In this document: piece by piece, positions 11,336-23,728 of the stretch
Layout: each line of letters begins with the position of its first letter
How positions within the stretch are numbered: position 1 is the stretch's first letter
Source: Oikopleura dioica
Taxonomy: Eukaryota; Animalia; Chordata
Assembly: GCA_907165135.1 (NCBI GenBank)
Contig: OU015570.1
Location: 2,191,929 to 2,255,928, forward strand
Direction: 5' to 3'
DNA length: 64,000 bases
Program-made: the position numbers and the translations under genes
Notes under the pieces: generated by a model
Databases searched by the model: none
What the model was told of the DNA's origin: nothing
What the model saw: only the letters and a program-made list of their open reading frames with translations

Positions 11336-14300
11336 CGTGGTATGGGCTGATTCTTCGGCAAGGCCGAAGAATCAATGTCTGCAATTGCTCTGATTCTTCG
11401 GCTAAAATGCCGAAGTATTGATGCTTTTATTAACACTGATTCTTCGGTATCTCGGTCTGAGACCGAATAATGACTGGAAAATAATACACTGATTCTTCGG
11501 CAAAATTATGACGCAATATTAAAAATCTCGAGATTCGTTATTTCTATCATCTGCAAATCTTGTGACTAAAGCAATCTAGAAATTTTCCTCTATTAAAAGT
11601 CAGAAATCTTCTCTCATCGCTCATTCTTTTTCTTGCAGATAATCTTTATAAATGCAATATGGATGATATTATTTTTATCGAAATAAAAGAGATTGTGAGG
11701 AATAACAAGGACTATCCTTCCATCATAATTGTCGAAGGTGATCGAGAGATCTTAATTCACCAGAAATATGCCTTGTCCTCCTTCATTACTTATGGATGTT
11801 CCGGCGAAAACTGCCAAGTCACGTACAAAGTTCAAGTTATGGTTCAATTTTATATGTATGAAATAAGACTTTTTCATTTTATTGGACAATTTTTGAACAT
11901 TTTAAAAATCGATCAATCTATCTCGGAAAGAAAACACTATATCCGATTTAGAAAAAAAGATGATGGAACGCCCTATCAAACGAATGAGTTCAAGACATTG
12001 ATCGTCCGAAATTCGAACACATTTGATCCTTCAAAATACCATATCATTCCTGTCGCTGGTGGTGCTCACACATGTGGCAATCACATCACATTGAGAATTC
12101 GTGTTAAAAATTCTCTTAAACAAATTCTTAACGAGAATTTTGAAAGGTTTTTGGAGTGATCATTTTAAATTTTTAAAATTTTTCAAGCTTGCGACACAGT
12201 ACTGATACGGAAATCAAAATGCTCTGTCATCGTAAATTGTTGGAGCTCTTTTCCGAAGATGAGTTTATTGAAAATTTCCCTGCTGACAGAGAGTTCTTTG
12301 AAATGATCCGATTTCTCCGACGAAAATACGAGCTTGAGCGTCAGGAGATTGATGATGTATCGAACTATGATTTTTCTGAGTCAGGAAATGAGCTCGAAAA
12401 AATTCATGAAAAAAATAAAGGAAGAGAATCGTATCTTCTTTCGTTTTGCGAAGCTTTCTGTGAGCTTTGACACAGATCTTTGTGAAAATGGAAGAAAAAT
12501 CATGCATCCAGATGCAGAAACAGGAGTGATTTATTTCTACAACGAAAAACTCATTCGAAAACTTCCTTCTCAATATCAGTCGATTCTCGTAGGTAAGTGA
12601 CAATTTATTAAAAATCAACTTTAAGCTTGAAGTATTCTTTATAATTTGAGGCTAGTGTTAGGGGCACTGGGCAAAATGACAGAACAAACTTACCCGAGGG
12701 GGATAGGCTAGGGTTAGTTAGGGTTACCGAAGGTAACCCTAAGTAACCCTAGACTAGACCCCGGCATCTTAGGACCAAAGGGGCGAAGCCCCGTGGTAAG
12801 GGGCAATTGGATTTGAAAATTTTCTGCTGAAAAGTAGGGGATTGTTCTTCCCCTTCAAATATTAATTATGCTCCTAGATTTCTTAAGCCAAGAAACACCA
12901 GACCATCGTTAACCCTTTACAATTGAAAAGCCTTCTTTCCATGGCTATTATTTCTCTCTTGAGCAAGTTAAATTTCCCTTCCGTCTATTTCAAAGGAACG
13001 TAAACACGCGAAAAAATTCGATCTGCGCGCTCTCTTAATTTTTAATTTTTGTTATGGCAGAGATAGATAAAATAGAATACGAGAGATGCTCATTGTTTTT
13101 TCGCGGTTTAAAAAGAAAAGAAATGTATTCTGATGATCAGAATCTTGCTATTGACTAGGACTATGACCGAGTAATTAGGTTAAGAGCAATTTAGAAGAAT
13201 CTCTTTGTTGCCTGCAAAAATCAGCTTAAAATCTTTCGATTCTTGCTGTTTTTTTATTTCAGCTAAGGCGAATTAAGAAAATGATCTCGAGGAGAAAATA
13301 AAACCTGGGTTCCATCTCGCACAAAGCTTTTTGGTGGCGGATAAAGATTGGTAATTGATTAACTTGTCACTTTATAAAGACGCTCAGAACGATAGTACAG
13401 TCAGCTTTGACTTAAACGCATCTTTTATGTTGTGTTCTGATAAGTTTGATTGACTTAGCTTATTTGAGTGATTTCATGGTGAAGTTTCAATTGAAATTGC
13501 AACTGATAACTTACATCGTTGAGTTTGCTCTTTACGCTTGCAGATTGCATGGGAAGTGTGGAAAGATTTTGAATATTCGGAAAAGGGAAAAAATTCCTTT
13601 TTAGAAATTCATCAAATTTCTTGTCACCCTCATTTGATCCTTTTTCTCTGAATAAAGAACTGCCGTTTCTGGCATATTTTAAATCAGAAAATGACTCGAA
13701 CGAAGGTCGACGAAGGTCAAGATTTATTAGGCCGGAACTCTGACCAGATACAGCAGATGTTGGCCAGAATGGCTTTAACTAGAATCTCTTTAGTAGCAGT
13801 TTATGAATACTTGGCATGAGTCTGTGCGCTAGTAGCTTGCTCCATAAACGAAATTATTGCGCCAAAATCGCAAGAGTGACTCATTCTAGGTACAATAGGC
13901 GATAAGTATAACAAAGTCGTCTGATTATTATTAGCGAAAGGAATATGCCCAGGCTTATTATCGCACGAGTCGTTAAAATGATAAAAACGGGACGATTAAT
14001 AATAGTCATACATCAAACTAGCAATTTATGATGGTAAACCATTAATCTGCACAAATTGCAGAATGAAAATTCTTATTAATTATTTCTCTAAATAAACGAC
14101 CACTATTAGCGTGTGGTCCTTTTTCCCTTCAATAAATTGACAATTTTGATCGAATGTGTTTTCGAAAAATGATCTTTTGGAAAAAGTAATTGTTCAAGAA
14201 GCGTCATTTTTGGAAATTTTCCGGAAGCGAAACCTTTGTTGAACCCCTCTTTTTGGAGACACTTTTTTTACCGCGCGAGTTGTAAAATAGATATTCGGAG

Positions 14301-15901
14301 GGTTTGCCTAGTAAAGCCGTTTTTGTCGTGCTCGACTGCACTGGGTACTTTTTCGATTCCCTCGGTTCATCAATTTGCCTCATATAAACGTAAAGCCCCA
14401 TTGAGATGTAACTTTTTTGCTGAAGATTACGAGAGTTTTGAAGAACATGCATGAAGAAGCAAGATAGTGCTAGACCGTGCATGACCCCCATTTTTGATAG
14501 ATGAATAGTCGAATTATCAATCATCGGTTGCGGAGTTAACAGATTCATTTAAGATGGTTCTTTGTGGACATTATGGCGAGGTCGCTTCAAGCAATGCTTA
14601 TTTGTTCAAGCAAAGATCCATGATGAAAATGGCTCAATGCAAAATTGCGTCATATATGCGGTTTTACATTTCTACAGGACGTTTGAAGAGTACAACATGA
14701 TTTTTACGAAGCTTAATGAAATTCATTTGTCCATCAAAGGTTCGAAAATGTATGGGTCAATTTTGTGTACAGATTCTGAGCCTGCTCTTTATTCAACTGC
14801 AGCAAATCACATTGATGGTATTTATACGCAAAATTGTTTTTTCACTATACAGCTAACGCTCGAAAGATTTTAATGCTGACAATCATGATGACTTGATTGA
14901 GAATGTGAGCTTTCAGAATTTGTACACTTGTATTCGTTCTCTTCCTTTTCTTCCACATGAAAGGATTGTTTCCTTTCTCGACTTTCTTCTTGAAAAATTC
15001 AATTCGATGATCTTTGTCGAGATCGTCTGAAAAACGACGAGTTGCGTAAAGCAAGTGAGAAACTCATTAAAAATATCGAAAACGGTTTGCCACCGACGCA
15101 GAGCGTTTGAGTTGGTACAAGCCTCTTAGTGAGGCTGATATCTTCCTTGATTTAACTAGTAATACTTTAGAAAGAAGTAATCAGGAGTTTCGAAAAATTG
15201 TTGCCAAGTCCCATAAGCGTCGGTGTATTGATCGCGTGTTTGTGTTGAAAAGTTACATGTATTTCCGGAGTATCGATTTTTGACCAATTTGGGTCGTAAG
15301 GCCCATATTGTGTCAGCAGAAGCACTGCAAAATCATAATTACAGAAAGCACATTGTTGACACTATTCGATCATACGAGGGCGAAATGGACTTTCAGCAAA
15401 TTTTCAATCTCATTACTAATTCCTAAGTAATGACCTCTGAATGCTTGAATGAGATCTGAAGACTTCATCCTTTTTTGGCCTACCCTTCTCTCATTTTTTT
15501 ATTTTTCTTATTGAAAATGATACTTTTAAAAAGGTGACACCCTTTTTCTTCTGTCTCTACCGCTGTACATAATGACTGGAATAAAATCAATTGAAAAATA
15601 TTTATTCAATAAAATCTCGAAACTTACTTATTTTTATTTGATTTCTTAGAGCTAACGAATTTTTTAAGAAAAAAACAGAATTTTTGAGAAGCCGAAGAAT
15701 CAGTGAATAAGAATTATTCAATTCTTCGGTTGTAATTATCCATAGCCGAAGAATCAGTGTTTTTATATCATCTATTCTTCGGATTCTTGCCGAAGGATCA
15801 CTGTATAAATAGTCATTAGTTCTTCGGCTTTGCCGAAGAATCAGAGTTCTAACACGCATCAATCCTTCGGCCCCCAAGCCGAAGAATTAGGCCGTATCAC
15901 C
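11336..15901 (+). mobile_element. Degenerate 4.6-kb MULE transposon
   Basis: TIRs gtggtatgggctgattcttcggc / gccgaagaattaggccgtatcac, built from repeated attcttcggc motifs. GATTAAAT is duplicated at 11328-11335 and 15902-15909 (8-9 bp TSD). Internal transposase remnants. Confidence 0.8.
11659..15420 (+). pseudogene. MULE transposase remnant, fragmented and probably intron-containing
   Basis: ORFs 11659..12159, 12189..12600 and 14562..14873. The last reads DGSLWTLWRGRFKQC...LCTDSEPALYSTAA...NCFF and aligns by eye with the remnant at 255..611. Confidence 0.7.
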
Positions 15902-18301
15902 GATTAAATAATTTGTTGAAGGAGTTATAATTTCAGCCAAGCCCTCTCTTTTCTCACATTTTGCGATTCCGAGGTTCAAACTCCGAAATGAGTACCTGCA
16001 ACGTTCAAACTCCGAGAGTACCTGCCAGTTAGTGGATCGAATGTGAGCTAACCCTTTCTTTTTCGCTTTTTGTGACTCCGATGTTCAAACTTTAATATGA
16101 GTACCTGCAATGTTCAGACTCCGAGAGTACCTGCAAAAATGGATCCAATGCGAGCCCTTTTTCCGCATAGGGTCGGAATTTATATAGTGCTGGTTACCTT
16201 AATTTCTTTGAGAAGTCTCGAATTTTATCATATTTAAAATTTAATTTTTAATTATCTTATGCTCTCGTGACATCCTAAAATAGGACTGTTTTAAGCCCAT
16301 TGAAGTAAGTTTGTCAATTCAAATTAACTGTGCGACGCCTACCTCAGACGGATATAAAGGAGGAGACTTTCGACTGAATTTGAATTTTGCTAATGAGAAT
16401 TCATGGCCTTAAACCTTGAAAATTATTAGTTTATGCTACACTTACTCTACTCTACCATGTGTTTAAACTTTGATTTCTATTTCCTCGAACTCGTTCGTGG
16501 TGCACTCCTATTCGAGAAAAGGGGAGAGCCCAGCCTCAACTTTTAGTGCGTCAAAAAATTGTGCCTGGTCACCTTAACTTCCCTTTTTTTCGTTGCATTT
16601 ACGGATTTGTTCTTTTCTTTCTATGTTTTCTTCAAAGTGCTACTGTTTGTTCTTTCTGATATCCTAACCTTGACCTCTGTTATAAAGCAGGGGAAGAGTA
16701 TAAGGTTTCGGTAAACCTTACGTTTCATGTCTCATACGTAGTCATGGGTGAATACACATGAATGCGACGCGGTATTCCTTGTACCACCGGTTTCAAAGGT
16801 AGCACTATCCACTCAGCCACACTTATTTGCTTGGCAATTACATTTATAAGGGTATATTGTTACTTTTTCTAGAGAAAATTTCAGCCCCGTCCCTTGATTT
16901 TTAACTTAAGGAGCTTGACTTCTTCCATATTTATCGGTCTTCCAGCAAAGTTAATCTTCCATTGGAAGAGTCCTCCGGAACAGGAGGGTTCTTCAAGGCC
17001 ACGTGGTCAAAAAGTGACCGAGAAATTCTATGTGTAAGACTTAATGCCAGTGATTATTTGTCTTCCAGCAAAGAGGTCTTCCAGCAAAGAGGTCTTCCAG
17101 TAGAAAGGGTCCTCCATAGGTCCTCCAAGAGGTCACGTGGTCGAAAAACCTAATTGATAAGAGTTATCATAGGTTCAACCTTCGGTCTTAGTCCTGGGGT
17201 CGGAGGACCTTTCTGTGAGAACCCAGTCAAACTCACTCCGCCCACGCAATTTTTTGCAATGCAAATTTTGTCCAAACGATTTGATCGCCTAGGGGTCGGT
17301 CAGTCAGGAATGATAATCGCGGTATCTTTAACCCGTTAACAGGCGCGTGGCAGTCAGTAGCCGAACTTGGGAACATGTTGACAATTAAGGCTCATTATTG
17401 ATGTTTTCTTTATTTTAATTTTCGAGCAATCGGTCTCCCAGTAAGGGAGTCCTCTGGGAGGTCTTTCGGCAATTAATGGCCAAATATGGCAGTAAGTTTC
17501 TAATCAAGGCTTCATTTTTCATTTCTATTTAATTTTTAAATATTTGTCTTCCAGCAACCTATCTTCCAGTGGAAGATTCCTCCAGGAGGTCCTCCGGAAC
17601 AAACTGAAGATCATTTATTTTTATCATGAAAAATAATGGCGAAAAATGGCTTAAAAATGGTGTGTTTGGACCTTTCTCTTAAGCAGAGTATGGTGGTTTT
17701 ATACTGAAAGTAATTGGAACACGGGAATCAATCTCGAATATGTTTATTATTCCTGATAGGTGTGAGCAGAAAATAGAAAATTATAAATATATTATATTTT
17801 ATGTTATACCTGTGAAATCAGGGAAAAAATGATAAAATTATAAAGGTACAGTCGCTTTTATAGTGTAGGACACCACCCATCGGTGGCACGGACTTAGACT
17901 TGGTCGTATGAACTCGGCGTTGGCCATATCGCCAACGCTGGAATAGAGAGGGGCGAGCTGTCAACTGAGCATAATTATGTTGACCACGCGCGCTAGAATT
18001 CCATATTTGTATAGTAATCACGCATAATAAGATATGGTAAGAGGAATATTCCCGAGCACGCGCGATAACTAATACATGGGTATGGTCAAATTAGCAGGTA
18101 GTTTTTGGCAGATTTCAACAAAATATGCTAAATTGACCATTTTCTCAAAAAATTTCCGAATTTTGAGATCAGAATTTTTAAATCATCGAATTTGGCACTA
18201 ACAAAGAAAAGGAACAATAAAGATATGACGAGACACGAAATGAGTGAATAATATAGTATCGTTCACCAAAGGAAGCGATTTTTTGGGTAATATGCGGTCA
18301 A

Positions 18302-18471
18302 TAGGAGATTAACCCCTGCCCGCATGAAAAATTTGTTACCCCTGCCCGCATACCAACCTACGCGTAGGTCGGGCCTTTTGAGGGTCTTTCAGTCGTGATA
18401 AAACTCTCGAAAGGATATAAAGCCAATTTACCTACGTGTAGGTCGATATGCGGGCAGGGGTTAAGCTCCTA
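18302..18471. mobile_element. 170-bp palindromic MITE
   Basis: taggagattaacccctgcccgcat...atgcgggcaggggttaagctccta. Confidence 0.75.
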
Positions 18472-19091
18472 GTTCGTGCTTTTTCGAAATAGGATATTTT
18501 TTGGTAGGGAACCCAAACTAACAATAGACTAGACCCCGGCATCTTAGGACCTAGGGACCGAAGCCCCCAGGTAAGAGGCACACGACGACGCCTGTCGCAG
18601 GAAAAAATATCTCCCAGTTCAAAGATTCTTGACCGCGGTCAATGGGAGAAAAAACTCCTATTTCGCAAAAGTACGAACTAGGAGATAAATCTCCTATTGA
18701 ACGCCTACAACCATTTTTTGGAGCCAATAAGATTGCTTTATTTGGCCTACCGGCCAATCAAGACCCTATCCTGGATAAGCTATCCATCAAAATCATTCCT
18801 TTGGTATCACGTACCGTGGGCGAGAGATATCACGACGGAGTCTGAGGGCCCGGGCCGGGGTTTTGAATATTTCGCGCACATTCAAGTATTTTCCCATGCC
18901 TGATGGAGGACTCTTATCTGGTGGAAGACCCAATTGATGGAAGATAGGTCTAACCTAGACTCTTTAAGATTATTTAATCTTTAACTCATAAATAGATAAT
19001 AATTTTAAAAAATCTTGATCATGTGACTCTTGGAGGACCCCTGGAGGACCTTTTCTGGTGGAAGACCGGCCTTCCTGGAAGACCCTTAAAA

Positions 19092-20119
19092 TTCAGCCCC
19101 GTTCCATGATTTTTAAATTTAAGGGCTTGACGGCCCTTCGGGCCGTCTCAGCCCCGTTCCATGATTTTTAAATTAAAGGGCTTGACGGCCCTTCGGGCCG
19201 TCTCAGCCCCGTTCCATGATTTTTAATTTAAGGGGCTTGACGGCCCTTCGGGCCGTCTCAGCCCCGTTCCATGATTTTTAATTTAAGGGGCTTGACGGCC
19301 CTTCAGGCCGTCTCAGCCCCGTTCCATGATTTTTAATTTAAGGGGCTTGACGGCCCTTCGGGCCGTCTCAGCCCCGTTCAATGATTTTTAATTTAAGGGG
19401 CTTGACGGCCGTTCGGGCCGTCTCAGCCCCGTTCCATGATTTTTAATTTAAGGGGCTTGACGGCCCTTCGGGCCGTCTCAGCCCCGTTCCATGATTTTTA
19501 ATTTAAGGGGCTTGACGGCCCTTCGGGCCGTCTCAGCCCCGTTCCATGATTTTTAATTTAAGGGGCTTGACGGCCTTTCGGGCCGTCTCAGCCCCGTTCC
19601 ATGATTTTTAATTTAAGGGGCTTGACGGCCCTTCGGGCCGTCTCAGCCCCGTTCCATGATTTTTAATTTAAGGGGCTTGACGGCCTTTCGGGCCGTCTCA
19701 GCCCCGTTCCATGATTTTTAATTTAAGGGGCTTGACGGCCTTTCGGGCCGTCTCAGCCCCGTTTCATGATTTTTAATTTAAGGGGCTTGACGGCCCTTCG
19801 GGCCGTCTCAGCCCCGTTCCATGATTTTTAATTTAAGGGCTTGACGGCCCTTCGGGCCGTCTCAGCCCCGTTCAATGATTTTTATTTAAGGGGCTTGACG
19901 GCCCTTCGGGCCGTCTCAGCCCCGTTCAATGATTTTTAATTTAAGGGCTTGACGGCCCTTCGGGCCGTCTCAGCCCCGTTCCATGATTTTTAATTTAAGG
20001 GCTTGACGGCCCTTCGGGCCGTCTCAGCCCCGTTCCATGATTTTTTAATTTAAGGGGCTTGACGGCCTTTCGGGCCGTCTCAGCCCCGTTCCATGATTTT
20101 TTAATTTAAGGGGCTTGAC
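19092..20119. repeat. Tandem array 1: about 19 copies of a 55-bp unit
   Basis: Unit tcagccccgttccatgatttttaatttaaggggcttgacggcccttcgggccgtc; period 55 read directly (19203 to 19258). Confidence 0.95.
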
Positions 20120-20671
20120 AATGGCTGGGAACTCCGAGGTGATCAATCTCAGTCCCTAACCCCACCCACACCCATCGTTTTTAAAATTCAAATGGATCAA
20201 GTTTTCAATTATGTTATGGTTTTGAATATATTTTTTCAATTTAAAGATTTTCTTTGATTATTATTTACAAATTATTATTTAGTTTATTTTTTTATTTAAA
20301 CAAAATCAAAGTTATAAAAATTGAAGGAAGAAGAAGTTTCTTAGGTCAATTATTGAGAGAGGTGAATTGTGAAAAATGTTTCTAGACGGGGGGTTGTTGT
20401 TGTTCTTCGCGGAGGACCCACTCCCACGTGGCGCAAGATGCGCGCCAAAAGAGCAAAAAGATTGGGACGAGAAAAACACGCGCAAATGCCCCAATCTATT
20501 TCGCTCTCCGTCGTGAAATCTCTCGCCCACGGTACTCTTTTACTCGCTCGATTTGTTCCTTGTCCTATCTTTTCCGGGAAAATTACGATTTTTAATTTTT
20601 TCGATTTTAAGCAAAGTCTGCTAATTTGACCGCTGCTAAATTGACCATACCAACTGTACTATGGATGACTC

Positions 20672-23600
20672 TAGGGTCCGGCACGATCGGAGGACTCAAT
20701 TTTTCAAAGGGCAAAATAAAAAACAAAACCCAATAAAATCATATGATAACCTAGGTTTTCGAATACGGCGAAAAATATGCCGGCGCTTAAAGCCCGGTAG
20801 ATCTTCTAAATCGCCGATTTCTCTCGGTTTTTTGGAGTTCTAGAACACTCACAAATCCAGGCCTAGTCATTTTAGAAAGACTATAAAAAATAATAATTTT
20901 TGCTTTTTAGCTTCTTCTAACTCACTGGACTTTTTTTGTGAATTGATTTTAAAGTCCTACTCTTTATTTTGATTTTCCTGGGAAAAGAGCGGGGCGCTCT
21001 GATTGGCTCACACGGAGGACACTCTCCAAGCTTGCTCTCCAAAGAAAACTGAAGCACGCTCACTTAAACTTTGGTGAGGGTACTGTATTCGCCCGGAAAA
21101 GGATGAAATTTCCGAAGAAATAGCGTCATGACACGTGACTGAAGTCCAAAAAGTACCTAAACTTTCCCGCCCGGGCATTTTCGACTCGTCTGAGATACAA
21201 GAGCTAGTAATAGCTTAAAATGATCGTCTTCGGGCCGTCTCAGCCCCGTTCCTTGATTTTTAACTTTAAGGGGCTTGACGGCCCTTCGGGCCGTCTCAGC
21301 CCCGTTCCTTGATTTTTAACTTTAAGGGGCTTGACGGCCCTTCGGGCCGTCTCAGCCCCGTTCCTTGATTTTTAACTTTAAGGGGCTTGACGGCCCTTCG
21401 GGCCGTCTCAGCCCCGTTCCTTGATTTTTAACTTTAAGGGGCTTGACGGCCCTTCGGGCCGTCTCAGCCCCGTTCCTTGATTTTTAACTTTAAGGGGCTT
21501 GACGGCCCTTCGGGCCGTCTCAGCCCCGTTCCTTGATTTTTAACTTTAAGGGGCTTGACGGCCCTTCGGGCCGTCTCAGCCCCGTTCCTTGATTTTTAAC
21601 TTTAAGGGGCTTGACGGCCCTTCGGGCCGTCTCAGCCCCGTTCCTTGATTTTTAACTTTAAGGGCTTGACGGCCCTTCGGGCCGTCTCAGCCCCGTTCCT
21701 TGATTTTTAACTTTAAGGGGCTTGACGGCCCTTCGGGCCGTCTCAGCCCCGTTCCTTGATTTTTAACTTTAAGGGGCTTGACGGCCCTTCGGGCCGTCTC
21801 AGCCCCGTTCCTTGATTTTTAACTTTAAGGGGCTTGACGGCCCTTCGGGCCGTCTCAGCCCCGTTCCTTGATTTTTAACTTTAAGGGGCTTGACGGCCCT
21901 TCGGGCCGTCTCAGCCCCGTTCCTTGATTTTTAACTTTAAGGGGCTTGACGGCCCTTCGGGCCGTCTCAGCCCCGTTCCTTGATTTTTAACTTTAAGGGG
22001 CTTGACGGCCCTTCGGGCCGTCTCAGCCCCGTTCCTTGATTTTTAACTTTAAGGGGCTTGACGGCCCTTCGGGCCGTCTCAGCCCCGTTCCTTGATTTTA
22101 ACTTTAAGGGCTTGACGGCCCTTCGGGCCGTCTCAGCCCCGTTCCTTGATTTTAACTTTAAGGGGCTTGACGGCCCTTCGGGCCGTCTCAGCCCCGTTCC
22201 TTGATTTTTAACTTTAAGGGGCTTGACGGCCCTTCGGGCCGTCTCAGCCCCGTTCCTTGATTTTTAACTTTAAGGGGCTTGACGGCCCTTCGGGCCGTCT
22301 CAGCCCCGTTCCTTGATTTTTAACTTTAAGGGGCTTGACGGCCCTTCGGGCCGTCTCAGCCCCGTTCCTTGATTTTTAACTTTAAGGGGCTTGACGGCCT
22401 TTCGGGCCGTCTCAGCCCCGTTCCTTGATTTTTAACTTTAAGGGGCTTGACGGCCCTTCGGGCCGTCTCAGCCCCGTTCCTTGATTTTTAACTTTAAGGG
22501 CTTGACGGCCCTTCGGGCCGTCTCAGCCCCGTTCCTTGATTTTTAACTTTAAGGGCTTGACGGCCCTTCGGGCCGTCTCAGCCCCGTTCCTTGATTTTTA
22601 ACTTTAAGGGGCTTGACGGCCCTTCGGGCCGTCTCAGCCCCGTTCCTTGATTTTTAACTTTAAGGGGCTTGACGGCCCTTCGGGCCGTCTCAGCCCCGTT
22701 CCTTGATTTTTAACTTTAAGGGCTTGACGGCCCTTCGGGCCGTCTCAGCCCCGTTCCTTGATTTTTAACTTTAAGGGGCTTGACGGCCCTTCGGGCCGTC
22801 TCAGCCCCGTTCCTTGATTTTAACTTTAAGGGCTTGACGGCCCTTCGGGCCGTCTCAGCCCCGTTCCTTGATTTTTAACTTTAAGGGCTTGACGGCCCTT
22901 CGGGCCGTCTCAGCCCCGTTCCTTGATTTTTAACTTTAAGGGGCTTGACGGCCCTTCGGGCCGTCTCAGCCCCGTTCCTTGATTTTTAACTTTAAGGGGC
23001 TTGACGGCCCTTCGGGCCGTCTCAGCCCCGTTCCTTGATTTTTAACTTTAAGGGGCTTGACGGCCCTTCGGGCCGTCTCAGCCCCGTTCCTTGATTTTTA
23101 ACTTTAAGGGCTTGACGGCCCTTCGGGCCGTCTCAGCCCCGTTCCTTGATTTTTAACTTTAAGGGGCTTGACAAAGGCATTTAACTCCGAGGTGATTTTC
23201 AGTTTTGTCCCCAACCCCACCCACACCCATTTACATAAAAATTAAAATTATTCCTATTTCTAGGTTTGTTATGGTTATCATCTTACAATGAATTTTTTTT
23301 TCAAATAACGAAAATTATTCAATGACTTGTATTTCTGCTCAAAAAAGTGTGTCTGTGCATTTTCTGGTCTTCAAATTGAAGGAAAATTAGACGAAAAAAA
23401 ATTGATTTTAGGTGACTCGATCTCACCACCTCTTGCTTGTCAAGCGAGAGCGCCTACATTTGAGCCACCAAGGGAATCATTCGGGCAGTAATCAAAATCG
23501 CTCGGCGGAGCTGACCAATGAGAGCGCACTTAGCTCTCCATTTAAATTTTCATTAAAGCCCTGAAAAGGGATGAATGGGGGTTTTGGGAGAATCAGTGAA

Positions 23601-23686
23601 CGGAGTTGAATTCCTTACCGTCGAATTAGTGGAATCGTGAAGTTTCATTGAAATTAAATTTTTGGTCCTAATCATGCCGGACCCTA
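20672..23686. mobile_element. 3.0-kb non-autonomous hAT-type element carrying tandem array 2
   Basis: GATGACTC(20664-20671)-TAGGGTCCGGCACGAT...ATCATGCCGGACCCTA-GATGACTC(23687-23694). The empty site at about 33930 has one copy of the 8-mer. Confidence 0.9.
21229..23171. repeat. Tandem array 2: about 35 copies of a 56-bp unit
   Basis: Unit tcagccccgttccttgatttttaactttaaggggcttgacggcccttcgggccgtc; period 56 (21241 to 21297). Variation is almost only single-base indels in homopolymers. Confidence 0.95.
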
Positions 23687-23728
23687 GATGACTCTTAGCA
23701 GCCTTAGAGTCTAGGTTATGGCTTGGGT

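Larger units (their letters stand above)
18075..20656. mobile_element. 2.6-kb TA-flanked TIR element carrying tandem array 1
   Basis: TA-CATGGGTATGGTCAAATTAGCAG...CTGCTAAATTGACCATACCAACTG-TA. The uninterrupted copy at 33921-33930 (tatactatgg) has a single TA. Confidence 0.8.

Noticed and set aside
19092-23171. CRISPR array (palindromic repeats at regular spacing)
   Set aside because: The sequence between hairpins is the same in every unit, so there are no unique spacers. There are no cas genes and the context is eukaryotic.
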